A stretch of 64,000 bases of DNA from an uncultured Acidobacteriota bacterium (GCA_963731785.1 CAVSWX010000021.1:1893-65892); one strand, 5' to 3'; counted from the stretch's first letter, positions 40,216 to 50,036 are shown. The notes: generated from the letters alone by a model not told the origin. Numbers and translations: made by a program.

Positions 40216-40662
40216 TCACCGAACAGTTCTCTCCGAGCAGCCTCCACCCTTCGACGTCCAGCACGGGCTGCTCGTAGCCGCTGGGAGTGCGACTGATCGC
40301 CGGTGGGCGACTGGCGGGAGGCCGCCGCCGATGCGCACGCGGCCGCCGGCGATCGGAATGCCGCCCGGGCCCTTCAACGCGGCCTTGCGCACGAGGCCGG
40401 TCACCTCGATCATGCGGCCTTCGCGCTTCTTGATGTCGTTCAGGACGTCCTTCGGACCGCTCAGGCGGAAGCGGCGCCCCGGCGCGATCTCGACCTGCGT
40501 CGGCTCGTGCTCGGGCGTGGCCGCGACGATGAACACGCGGCCCTTGGCGCACCCGGGAATGGCCACGCGCGCCGAGTCGCCGGGCACCGGCCGCTCCTGG
40601 GCGGACACCGCGCCGGCAAGGCACAGCGGCGCACGCGGCGGCGGCAACAAGATTCTGCACAT
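40216..40662 (-). CDS. small secreted hypothetical protein
   Basis: ORF 40216..40662: MCRILLPPPRAPLCLAGAVSAQE...GCAKGRVFIVAATPEHEPTQVEIAPGRRFRLSGPKDVLNDIKKREGRMIEVTGLVRK... The C-terminus may be frameshifted. No family recognised. Confidence 0.4.
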   Translation of the reverse strand: MCRILLPPPRAPLCLAGAVSAQERPVPGDSARVAIPGCAKGRVFIVAATPEHEPTQVEIAPGRRFRLSGPKDVLNDIKKREGRMIEVTGLVRKAALKGPGGIPIAGGRVRIGGGLPPVAHRRSVALPAATSSPCWTSKGGGCSERTVR

Positions 40663-40728
40663 CGTCGTTCCTCTCCGGAGCTGGCCCTCCCAGATTACCG
40701 CAGCTCGGCGCCGGTTCGCGCTCTCGGG

Positions 40729-41670
40729 TCAGCGCCGCTTGATGACGACCAGGCTGATGTCGTCGGCCGGCGGGCTGAAGGCCACGCAGGTCGGCGGTGA
40801 CCGCCTCGTAGACGTCGCGGGCCGACCCCCGCTTGGCCGTCGCGCACCACGGATTCGAGCCGCGACGGGAAGTACTCCTCGGCGCCGCGCACGTGCTCGC
40901 TCAATCCCGTCGGTGTGGAGCAGCAGGATGTCGCCTTCGCCCATCAGCAGCCACTTGTTCATCGCGTAGTGGTCCTTGAACCCCAGCATGCTGCTGGTGG
41001 TGTTGCGGTCGATGACGTCCCACGACGGCATCATGCCGAGCGGCGGAAACGAAATGCGGAGGTCGGGGCTCACGTCCATGAAGCGGTCGTGGCGGGCGGA
41101 GAACACCGACGGGAAACGGCATGGCCGCCGAGAGGAAGCGGAAGCTGGCGTCCTCGGCCATCTCGCCGTAGATGAGCGAGACGAACTTGTGCGCGCCCGA
41201 CGACTGGTAGAACCGCGTGTTGAGGTGCTCGAACAGCCGCCGCGTGATGCGGCCGTGGACGTCGAGCTCGTAGATGGCGCCGAGCAGGAACGCCTGGTGG
41301 AGCATCGCGGCCAGGAGCGCGTCGGTCATGCGGTGCCCCGACACGTCCACCAGCGCGATGCCCGCCTTGCGGCGGCACCATTCGAGATGCGTCGACCAGG
41401 TCGGGCCGGCCCTGCTCGCGCGCCAGCGCGATGCGGGCGTCGAGGTCGAAGCGCTGCTTGAAATCGACGTAGATCAGGTGATCGCCGCCGACCGATCCGC
41501 TCAGGGGCAGCGTCGCCGCCGAAGATGTCGAGCCCCTGCAGGCGCGGCACCTCGCCCGGCGTCGGCAGGATGTACTTGGCGATGTCGCGGAAGTTGTCGA
41601 TTTCGCGCGTCAGCTGCTCGAGCTGTCGCAGCTGTGCCGACACGTCGTCCGATTCGTCGATCGAGGACAC
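40729..41670 (-). CDS. SpoIIE/PP2C-family serine phosphatase (several apparent frameshifts)
   Basis: Fragments: MSSIDESDDVSAQLRQLEQLTREIDNFRDIAKYILPTPGEVPRLQGLDIFGG; GDHLIYVDFKQRFDLDARIA; DVSGHRMTDALLAAMLHQAFLLGAIYEL...FVSLIYGEMAEDASFRFLSAA.PFP; LLMGEGDILLLHTDG; ...FSPPADDISLVVIKRR*. This is the usual order of PP2C metal-binding blocks (D.SGHG-like, TDG, DD.T/S). Confidence 0.7.
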
Positions 41671-41794
41671 ACCGATACCCTATCGCAGGCGGGGATGTCT
41701 CCCCCGAAGGGGACGCAGCCGGCGGCGCCGGGTGGTTCGGCCGCCGGTCAGCGCGCCGCGGTGCGCGGCTGCGGGAATTCGTCGGCCGCGACGC

Positions 41795-42432
41795 TCACCA
41801 CGATGGGCGACGGCCGCGGGCTGACGCGACGATACGAGATAGAGCGGCGCCGGTTCCGACGCTGCGGCCGTGCCCCAGCTCGGTGCGGCTCCCGCCGGAT
41901 GCACCTTCAGGATGCTGCGCAGTTGCACCGCCGACAAGCACTCGTCCCGTGAGCGCCGTCGCCACCGGGTAGTAGACCAGCGCCACCGCGCCGCAGGCTG
42001 TCGAGCAGCGTCCACCCGGTGCCATACCAGACGACGACGCCGGCCACGGCCACGCCGCCGAGCTCGGCGAGCCGCCGACGCGGCCTGCGCCGCAAGGCGC
42101 CGGACGCGCGTATCGGGTTCGACCGCGAAGGTGAGCCGCATCGGCTCCTGCGCGGCCGCGAAGTTGTCGTCGCTGACCGGCGACCCGTCGTCGGGGAAGA
42201 GTTTGACGAACTCCGCGACGAGCGGTTCGGCAGGCAGGCCGATGGCGCACGCATAGTCGCGGATGTAGGCGCGCCTGAACAGCCCGCGCGGCCACTGCGA
42301 GGCATCGCCGCGTTCGAGCGCTTCGAGGAGCGACCGTTTGATCTTGGTGGAGTCGACGATCGACTCGAGCGTGACACCCCGGCGCTCGCGCTGCGTGCGG
42401 AGGCGGGACCCGAAAGCATGACGGCTGATCAA
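41795..42432 (-). CDS. RodZ-like helix-turn-helix (HTH_25) protein with a probable TM segment (apparent frameshifts; 3' end approximate)
   Basis: TTG 42430-42432 behind a GGGAGGG RBS: LISRHAFGSRLRTQRERRGVTLESIVDSTKIKRSLLEALERGDASQWPRGLFRRAYIRDYACAIGLPAEPLVAEFVKLFPDDG (ORF 41680..42561). A hydrophobic LGGVAVAGVVVWYGTGWTLL follows in the ORF 41907..42419 frame. Confidence 0.6.
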
Positions 42433-42532
42433 CAGCCCTCCCGTCCGAAGAAACGATGACCAGGGGGGAGGCTCACGCCGCGGGCGGCGTTCAACACGCC
42501 AACAGCTAGTGTGAAGCGAGCGAGCATGGCAC

Positions 42533-42562
42533 ACGATAAGCCTTGCGACCGGAGATCGCAAG
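42533..42562 (-). promoter_or_regulatory. candidate sigma70-type promoter with an overlapping inverted repeat (possible operator) upstream of the HTH gene
   Basis: On the minus strand: TTGCGA (42556-42561), a 17-nt spacer, then TATCGT (42533-42538). The inverted repeat CTTGCGA-N7-TCGCAAG (42542-42562) overlaps the -35. It sits in a locally lower-GC ~170-nt stretch. Confidence 0.25.
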
Positions 42563-42589
42563 AGCGAATTTCACGCTCGAGACGAATTT

Positions 42590-43711
42590 TTCGCGCTACA
42601 TCTCGCGCGCGACGAGTCGGCAGCGTGAGATTGAAGCTCGTGCCCGACTCGATCGACGTCGCGGTGGTCGCACCGCCGTGCAGTTCGCCGATGCGCCGCG
42701 CCGACTGCAGCAGCGCGAGCGTGCCGGTAGCCGGAGTGGCGACCGGCCAGGCGGCGTCGAACGTGCGTTCCACCCAGCTTTCGGGCACCGACAGCGATTC
42801 CTGGGCCGCCGCGAACGTGACGCGGCCGTCCTTGATCGAGGCGGAGAGCGTCGTGGGCCCGCCTTTTTCGCCGACCAGGCCCACCGTGGCCATCACGAGC
42901 CCGGCGAGCGGCGCTGGCCAGAAGCTCTTCGTCGCCCCGCACCGCGGCGTCGCGGACTCCCGTCGGCGAGCACGCGCACTTCGGTCGCCCGCAGGCGCCG
43001 CTCGGGCAGGGTCATCTGCATCGCGCGGTCGATGACGGTGCGCACGGACACCTTGAGCCGCGAGACGGGGACCTCGTCGCGCAGGACGCGGCTGGCCAGC
43101 AGCAGCTGCAGCGCGCGCGCAGCTTCGGCGCGCACCAGGTCGGCGGCGACGGCGGCGGTCAGCGGGGATCCGCCCGACAGGAGGTTGGCCGAGGATGCGA
43201 GCGCCAGCAGCGATTGCGCCAGGTAGTCGGTGGCCCCGGCGCCGCGTTCGACCGTGACCGGCGCCGCCGCGGGGCACGCGGCCGCCGACGGTTCCTGCGC
43301 CGGCAGGTTCGTCGCCTCGGCGAGAAGGCCTGCCTGCTCCTCGTCCACGCGCTGGACGAGGCACGGCACCTCGCGCAGGCCGGCGGCAATGGCGGCGGCG
43401 AGGCGCTTGCGGCCGGCAATCAGCCGGTAGCGGCCGCCGCGCGTCTGCACCAGGATCGGCTGCAGGACGCCGTGGCGCTTGATCGATTCGACGAACGACG
43501 ACGCCGGCCGCGGGTCGTCGCCGCGCACCTCGATCGTCCGCGCGTCGATGAGCCGCACCGACGGACTCGACGGTGGACTGTCGAGTTGCTCCACATAGTG
43601 CGCGTCGGCGCGCATGCGAAATGCCGGCGGCAAGCCTTCGCGAATGGCAACGGGGGCACGTTCGGGCGCAGGGAAATTCTCGAGACCGGGTTCGATTTCA
43701 GACATGAGCAC
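42590..43711 (-). CDS. ParB/Srx N-terminal domain protein fused to a degenerate histidine-kinase-like (DHp + pseudo-HATPase) C-terminal region (apparent frameshifts; 3' end approximate)
   Basis: ORF 42893..43711: MSEIEPGLENFP...FRMRADAHYVEQLDS...IKRHGVLQPILVQTRGGRYRLIAGRKRLAAAIAAGLREVPCLV (ParB box). Then ...ADLVRAEAARALQLLLASRVL...VSVRTVIDRAMQ. Then VRGDEELLASALAGLVMATVGL...DGRVTFAAAQESLSVPESWVERTFDAAW...GTLALLQSARRIGELHGGATTATSIESGTSFNLTLP. This has kinase-like topology, but the N/G1/G2 ATP-binding residues are not conserved. Confidence 0.55.
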
Positions 43712-43940
43712 CGCTGGAAGCGTGATTGGGCGGGCGTGTCACATCACGCCAAAGAACGCCTAAATTCTCCGCGAACGGCCGAGTTGGTTCCAGCGAAAAG
43801 TTGAGGTTGGTGGCTGTTTCCTCTCCATCGGCAGTCACACGGCCACCACGGGCTGTAGCGGGCCTCCAGCTGGACCTGGCGCTATCTCACTGGGGATCCA
43901 ACGGTTACCAACCTGAGCCGGCCGGCGCATTTTCTGCACA

Positions 43941-44770
43941 TTGACAGACATGGCCGGTGTGAATGCTTCGGGGCGCGGGAGGCGTGCGGCCGCAGGCGTG
44001 CTGGCGGCCGCGATCCTGGGCGGCGCAATCGCCGCAGCGGAACTCCAGCCGAAGACGGTCAAGGCCTTCGAGACCTATGTGGCCGAAGCGGAGAGCCGCG
44101 CGGCGACGCCGTTTCTATGGCTCGACACGCTTCCGGCCGCGACCCGAGGGCGCCATCTGACCGACTTGCGCGCCGGCGGGTTGCTCATCGAACGGCTGCG
44201 CGTCTGAAGCCCAAGGGGCGCGACCTCGACGTACCGGACGGCCTGATCCATCACTGGGTCGGCACCGTCTTCGTGCCGAAAACCACGACCGGCAAGGCCG
44301 TGGCCCTGCTCCAGGATTACAACCGGCATGCGCAGGTGTATGCGCCCGCGGTGGGCCGCTCGCGGCTGCTGGAACGGCAGGGCGACACGTTCCGCTTCTC
44401 GCTGCGCTTCGTCATGACCAAGGTGATTACCGTGACCGTGGACGGCGAGCACGAGGCGCGATTTGCCACGCTCGCACCCGGCCGTGTGCGCAGCTGGATC
44501 CATAGCGCGCGGCTCGCCGAGGTGGCGGATGCCGGAACGGCCCGCGAGCGCGAGGAGCCCGTGGGCCAGGGCGGCGGCTACCTGTGGCGGCTCAACTCCT
44601 ACTGGCGCTTCGAGGAGCGCGACGGCGGCGTGTATGTGGAGTGCGAGTCCGTGTCGCTGACGCGCGACATCCCTTTCGGTCTCGGCTGGGCCGTGGGCCC
44701 GTTCGTCACCAGCCTTCCGCGCGAGTCGCTCGAGTTGACGCTCACGAAGACGCGCGAGACGCTGATGCGA
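43941..44770 (+). CDS. secreted hypothetical protein (possibly SRPBCC/START-like fold) (one apparent frameshift near 44205)
   Basis: ORF 43941..44207 (signal VLAAAILGGAIAAAE...KAFETYVAEAESR) joins ORF 44117..44836 (...DVPDGLIHHWVGTVFVPKTT...FRFSLRFVMTKVITVTVDGEHEARF...GYLWRLNSYWRFEERDGGVYVECESVSLTRDIP...). The as-assembled ORF reads through into the 9-mer repeat (GQVGQVGQV). Confidence 0.45.
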
Positions 44771-44872
44771 GTAGGTCAGGTAGGTCAGGTGGGTCAGGTA
44801 AGTCGGGTAGGTCAGAACGCTCTCCGCGATCCGTGATGACAAGAGTTCTTAGCCTACCAGACCTACCTGACC
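44771..44872. repeat. 9-bp tandem array (5 units) plus a partial inverted copy
   Basis: GTAGGTCAG GTAGGTCAG GTGGGTCAG GTAAGTCGG GTAGGTCAG (44771-44815), a 37-nt spacer, then CCTACCAGACCTACCTGACC (44853-44872), which is the reverse complement of GGTCAGGTAGGTCTGGTAGG. Confidence 0.9.
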
Positions 44873-44914
44873 AGGGTACTGGCCCCGTGTGTCCGCCTGG
44901 GCCACACTGACGGG

Positions 44915-45451
44915 GTGAGCGATTCCCGAGAGCGAATGCCGCCCATTCCGGTCGAGCGCATGACCGATGCGCAGCGCGCCGCGGCGGCGGAGATTAGCGC
45001 GGGGCGGCGGGGCGGGGTCGTGGGCCCGTTCGTCGCGGCCTTGCGCAGCCCCGAATGCATGCGGCGCCTTCAGCATCTCGGCGCCTACCTCCGCTTCGAC
45101 TCGACCATCGACCCGCGGTTGCGCGAAGAGGTCATCCTGCTGACGGCGCGGCGGTGCACGCAGGACTACGAGTGGTGGACGCACGAGCCGCTGGCACGTG
45201 CCGCGGGCGTCGCTCCCGCGACGATTGATGCGATTGCCGCCGGCAACGTGCCGCCGACGCTGGACCACGACGAGGCCGTGGTGTTCGAGCTGTGCGCCGC
45301 GCTGTTCGCCGATGGGCGCGTGAGCGACGCGCTGTACGCCCGCGCGATCGACGTGCTCGGCGAGCCGGGTCTGATCGATCTCGGTGAGCGCCGTCGGCTA
45401 CTACACGACGCTTGCGTTGATCATGAACGTGACGCGGACGGCGCTGCCTGA
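44915..45451 (+). CDS. carboxymuconolactone decarboxylase (CMD/AhpD-like) family protein (frameshift near the 3' end)
   Basis: ORF 44915..45451: ...MTDAQRAAAAEISAGRRGGVVGPFVAALRSPE...REEVILLTARRCTQDYEWWTHEPLARAAG...DEAVVFELCAAL. A shifted frame gives the expected tail VSAVGYYTTLALIMNVTRTALPEG, which would extend the gene to ~45480. Confidence 0.7.
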   Translation: MSDSRERMPPIPVERMTDAQRAAAAEISAGRRGGVVGPFVAALRSPECMRRLQHLGAYLRFDSTIDPRLREEVILLTARRCTQDYEWWTHEPLARAAGVAPATIDAIAAGNVPPTLDHDEAVVFELCAALFADGRVSDALYARAIDVLGEPGLIDLGERRRLLHDACVDHERDADGAA

Positions 45452-45471
45452 GGGGGCGCCAGCGCCGGACT

Positions 45472-45603
45472 GGTCAGGTAGGCGTGCGGGTAGGTCGGGT
45501 GGGTAGGAGACGGGCGGGTCTGAAGACCCGCCCCTACGAAAGCTGCGGGTCGGCACAAGCGTTTTCCCTACCTGACCCACCTGACCCACCTGACCGACCA
45601 GAC
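45472..45603. repeat. composite palindromic element: 9-mer array, central perfect GC hairpin, inverted 9-mer array
   Basis: GGTCAGGTA GGCGTGCGG GTAGGTCGG GTGGGTAGG (45472-45507). Hairpin GGGCGGGTC-TGAA-GACCCGCCC (45512-45533). Then CCCTACCTGACCCACCTGACCCACCTGACCGACCAGAC (45566-45603), the inverted array. It lies between convergent genes. Confidence 0.9.
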
Positions 45604-45611
45604 TCGCCGTT

Positions 45612-47510
45612 CTACTTCCCGTCCACCGAGAACGGCAAGCAGCACGTTGCCCGGCGTTCCACCCGCGGTGGGGTAGCCGGAGTTCACGTAGACGATGCCG
45701 TTGGCGACGGTGGGGCCAGGGCCGTCGATCGAGCCGCCGCGGCCGAGCACGCCGTTGACGCCCTCGTAGACGTCGATGGTGTTGACGTCCCAGAGAATCG
45801 TGCCGTCGGCGGTGGAGTAGGCGCGCATGTGGCCGTCCACCGATCCGGAGAACGCCACGCCGGGAATCGCCGTCACCGCCGCCGACTGTGCCGGGCTGCA
45901 GCGCGGCCGCGTGCCGCAGCTCGCCGGCGGCTGATACCAGACGCGCTCGCCGTCGGTGAGCCGCAGCGCGAACATGCCGCCGCCCTGTTTGGGATCGGCG
46001 TCGGTGACTGTTGCTGTAGGTCAGCATGATGCGCCCGATGTCGGAGTTGGCGACGTAGATGTTGGTGCCGTCGGTGGCCGTGCCCCACTGCACGCCGCCC
46101 ATGGTGCCGCCCTTGCCGACGCGCGTCTGCCACACCACCTCGCCGTCCTTGTCGGGATCGAGCGCGTGGACGATGCCCGACTTCTGGCCGGCCAGCAGCA
46201 GCCGGCGGCCGCCCGGCAGCGTCACCAGCATCGGCGAGGCGCCGAAGTCCCAGTCCGGGCCGTTCGAGTCGGCGCAGTTGGTCTTGTCCGGCAGCCGGCA
46301 CGCCGCCGTGTAGGCGTCGTTCGGCGTCATCTGCTTGTGCCAGAGGATGCGGCCGGTCTCGAGGTCCATGGCCACGAAGGCGTCGCTCATCGGCGAGCCC
46401 GGATCGCTGTAGTTGTTGCCGGTGGTGACATAGAGCGCGCGCTTCGCCGGGTCGATCGCCGGCGTGGCCCAGACCGGCGCGCCCGACGGGCCCCACAGCT
46501 GCGCGCCGACCGCGTTCTTCTTCGTCGGCCGCGGCTCCTCCGCGATCATGTAGGTCTTCCACACCTGCTTGCCCGTCGCCGCGTCGAGCGCGACGATGCT
46601 GCCGCGGAACTTGCAGCATTCGTAGGTCGGCACCGCGCCCGACGCTTCTTCGCCCGAGGCCACCGGCACGTAGAGCTTGCCGTCGTAGAGCGTGGGCGAG
46701 CCGCTCACGCGCGCCACCGGGAAGTCGTCCACGTGCGTCTTCCAGATCTGCGCGCCGGTCGTGGCGTCCACCGCATGGGCGTTGCCGGCCTGGTCCCCGA
46801 AGAACGCGGCCCAGCGACGGCCGCCCGCAGTCTGGATCTCGCCGAGGCTGATCGGCCGACCGCACGCCCGCGCCGGCGTCGAAGAACCAGTGGATGCACC
46901 CGGTGGAGGCGTTGAGTGAGTACACCTTGCCGCCCCAGCTGCCGACGAAGATGCGGCCGCCGGCGATCGTGGTCTGCGAGTACGACTGCAGGTCGCCCGG
47001 GAACGCGAACGCCCACTTGACCTTCAGCTTCGGCACGTCGGCCGCGGTCAGGCCGGCCGCGCTCTGGTAGCGGGTGTTCGACGTGTTCTGCCCCCAGCCG
47101 CTCCAGCGAGGGGCCGTCGCCGGGCGTGAACGGCGCGTTGCGCGGCGTGCACATCGCGCGTGGCGCGGGCGTGGTGGAGAGCGCCGTCGCGAAGGTCTTG
47201 CCGGTGAGGAACTCGGCGATGGCCCGCCGTTCTGAGGCGCTGCGGCCGTTGGCCATCGTCACCATCGATCCGGTTTCCATCGCCGAGAGCACGCGGTCGG
47301 GCAGCATGGCCCGGAACTGCTCGCGGGTGGGGGCACGTCCGACACCGGCGTCGTGGCACTGTGCGCACGCGCGCTTGTAGAGCTCGGCCCCGTCTGGTGC
47401 GGGCGCCGGCGCGGGCGCCTGCGCGGCCGCGGCGCCGGCGCTCGCCAGGGCCAGCAGCAGACGCGACGCGCGCTCGTCCGCACCAGTTCCCGGGTCGTCG
47501 TCTCTCGCAT
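45612..47510 (-). CDS. cytochrome c domain + PQQ-like beta-propeller dehydrogenase, paralogue of 13745..15577 (many apparent frameshifts)
   Basis: ATG 47508-47510. A heme motif CAQCH appears in my own translation (LYKRACAQCHDAG...). Further fragments: MLPDRVLSAMETGSMVTMANGRSASERRAIAEFLTGK; VPKLKVKWAFAFPGDLQSYSQTTIAGGRIFVGSWGGKVYSLNASTGCIHWFF; ORF 45401..46771 (MDATTGAQIWKTHVDDFPVARVSGSPTLYDGKLYVPVASGEEASGAVPTYECCKFRGSIVALDAATGKQVW...). With a 1-nt correction the end is GNVLLAFSVDGK*, with stop at 45612-45614. Confidence 0.78.
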
Positions 47511-47589
47511 GTCGTGTGTCTCCAGGCGTTAGCGCCGGTTCGACGCGGCCCGCTGGTCGCGGGCGAAGGTGGCGATTATACAGAGGTAT

Positions 47590-47618
47590 TTGACGCGCCC
47601 CAGCGGGGGCGCTAGCCT
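47590..47618 (+). promoter_or_regulatory. candidate promoter of hmgA with a palindrome in the spacer
   Basis: TTGACG (47590-47595), a 17-nt spacer, then TAGCCT (47613-47618), 8 nt before ATG 47627. That would give a near-leaderless mRNA. The spacer is the palindrome GCGCCCC-AGCG-GGGGCGC (47595-47612). Confidence 0.2.
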
Positions 47619-47626
47619 ACTTCGCC

Positions 47627-48922
47627 ATGGCTGCTTCCGAACGCGCGTATCTGTCAGGGTTCGGCAACGAGTTCGCATCCGAGGCCGTTCCCGGTGCGCT
47701 GCCGAAGGATCAGAACGCTCCGCAACGGCCCCCGCTCGGGCTCTACATCGAGGAGCTGAACGGCACCGCGTTCACCGCGCCGCGCGGCGTCAGCCGATCC
47801 GACTGGACCTACCGCATCCGCCCGTCCGCGACGCACAAGCCGTTCAGGCCGATCGGCGCCGGGCTTCGTCCGCAGCGGCCCGTTCAACGAAGTGCCGCCG
47901 ACGCCCAACCAGCTGCGGTGGAAGCCGCTGCCCGATTCCCACGACGCCCACCGACTTCGTCGACGGCATCGTCACGCTTGGCGGCAACGGCGACCCGGCG
48001 CAGCAGTCGGGCGCCGCGGTGCACATGTTCGCGGCCAACCAGTCGATGCGCGACCGGTTCTTCTACGACGCCGACGGCGAGCTGGTGATCGTGCCGCAGC
48101 TCGGCCGGCTCACGCTGCACACCGAGCTCGGCATCCTCGACCTGCAGCCCGGGGAAATCTGCGTCGTGCCGCGCGGCGTCAAGTTCCGCGTCGAGCTGCC
48201 CGACGGATCGGCGCGCGGCTACATCTGCGAGAACTACGGCCAGCACCTGCGGCTGCCGGACCTCGGGCCGATCGGCACGTCCGGCCTCGCCAACGCCCGC
48301 GACTTCCTGGCGCCGGTGGCGGCGTTCGAGGATCGTGAGGGCGACTTCCGCATCGTGGCGAAGTTCGGCGGCGGGCTCTGGGAAGCCGAGATCGATCACT
48401 CGCCGCTCGACATCGTGGCCTGGCGCGGCAACTACGTGCCGTTCAAGTACGACCTCAACCGCTTCCAGTGCATCAACACGGTGACGTTCGATCACCCGGA
48501 TCCGTCGATCTACTGCGTGCTGGCGTCGCCGTCGTCGGTGCCGGGCACCGCGAACATGGAGTTCGGCTGCTTCCCGCCGCGCTGGTCGGTGGCCGAGCAC
48601 ACGTTCCGTCCGCCGCCGTTCCACCGCAACGTCGCCAGCGAGTTCCTCGGGCTGATCTCGGGTCAGTACATCGGCAAGGCCGACTCGTTCGCGCCGGGAA
48701 GCGCCAGCCTGCACAACTGCATGTCGGGCCACGGTCCGGACTCGGAGGCCTACGAGCGGGGCAGCAGCGCCGAGCTGAAGCCGCACGTTCCTCGACAACA
48801 CCATGGTGTTCCTGTTCGAGACGCAGCTGCCGATCCGGCCGACGAAGTTCGCGCTCGAGACCGACCTGCTCGAACGCGACTACTACCTGCACTGGCAGGG
48901 GCTGAAGAAGCACTTCAGCGGT
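47627..48922 (+). CDS. hmgA: homogentisate 1,2-dioxygenase (2-3 apparent frameshifts; 3' end approximate)
   Basis: [53 protein letters not shown] (ORF 47627..). Then ...[46 protein letters not shown]...[28 protein letters not shown]...[29 protein letters not shown] (ORF 47569..48924). Then [14 protein letters not shown]...[12 protein letters not shown] (ORF 48803..). Confidence 0.88.
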
Positions 48923-48965
48923 GAGCTGGTGAGGCAGGTAGGCCAGGCTTCGGGCAGGTCAGGGC
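48921..48965. repeat. degenerate copy of the 9-bp-periodic element at the hmgA 3' end
   Basis: GTGAGCTG GTGAGGCAG GTAGGCCAG GCTTCGGGCAG GTCAGGG. It translates as VRQVGQASGRSG in the read-through ORF 48803..50089. Confidence 0.4.
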
Positions 48966-49000
48966 TTGCGGAGAGCATCCATGACGAATGCGCACGGCAC

Positions 49001-50006
49001 ATGCGTGCTATCGGCTCGTGGCGCTGCGGATCGGCGGCGGCGGCGTCCGCGCAGGGGCGCTGCGACCGTGAGTGCCTGATCAAGATCGCCGACACCTATA
49101 TCGACGCGCTCGTGGCCAAGGACCCGCAAGCGGGCGCCGCTGGCGGCCACGGTGAAGTACACGGAGAACGGCCAGCGGCTGCTGCCGGGCGACGGGTTCT
49201 GGAACTCGGTGGCGGGCAAGGGTACCTACAAGCTCGATGTCGCCGACCCCACGGCGGGGCAGATCGTCAGGCTCATCACCATGCGCGAGGCGGCCAACCC
49301 CGCGCCGCAGAGCGTGATCCTCGCCGCGCGCCTCAAGGTCGTGAACGGCCGCATCACCGAGGTCGAGCACCTGATCGGGCACAGCGACACGGGGGCGAAG
49401 AACTTCGAGGCGCGAGGGAAGCCGCGCGAGGCGTTCGACCGGCTCACGCCGCCGGCGAAGCGGAAGTCGCGCGCCGAGCTGGTCCGCGTCGCCAACATGT
49501 ATTTCAGCGGCATGCAGCTCAACGACGGCAAAGGGACGTATCCCTTTGCCGACGACTGTCACCGCATCGAGAACGGCGGCGATTCCACCAACGCGAAGAC
49601 CAGCCGCGATGGCGGGCCGCGACCCGACCCGAAGACGGCGACCGGCTACTCGGGCATGTGGACCTGCCGCGAGCAGTTCGAGTCGGGGATGCTGCACTTC
49701 GTGAGCCGCATCCGCGATCGCCGCTACGTGGCCGTGGACGAGGAGCGGGGCGTCGTGGCGTCCTACGTGTTCTTCGACCACGATGCCGGCAAGTCGCGCA
49801 CCTTCCAGACGCCGGCCGGCCGCACGATGACGGCTGGTCCGATGCAGCCGTGGACGTGGGAAATCATGGAAGTCTTCAAGGTCGAGGACGGGCTGCTGCA
49901 CGAAATCGAGGCCGTGCTCGAGCGCGCGCCGTACGGGATGACGTCCGGGTGGAGCAGCTGGGAAGACGGCATGAGCGACAAGATCCAGTTCGAGGGACCG
50001 AGGTAG
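49001..50006 (+). CDS. hypothetical protein (one apparent frameshift near 49140)
   Basis: MRAIGSWRCGSAAAASAQGRCDRECLIKIADTYIDALVAKDPQA (frame of ORF 48803..) joins ORF 49152..50006 (KYTENGQRLLPGDGFWNSVAGKGTYKLDV...RITEVEHLIGHSD...YFSGMQLNDGKGTYPFADDCHRIENG...WEIMEVFKVEDGLLHEIEAVLERAPYGMTSGW). No family recognised. Confidence 0.5.
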
Positions 50007-50036
50007 CGCCGTCTTGCTATACCCTTTGGCTCACCA

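Noticed and set aside
44771-44815. 9-bp tandem arrays considered as a CRISPR array or as coding collagen-like G-x-y (GQVGQV) tails
   Set aside because: The units are 9 bp with no spacers and there are no cas genes, so this is not CRISPR. The arrays occur in both orientations. They start at or after the conserved C-termini of unrelated proteins and sit between convergent genes. Read-through translation is explained by upstream indels.
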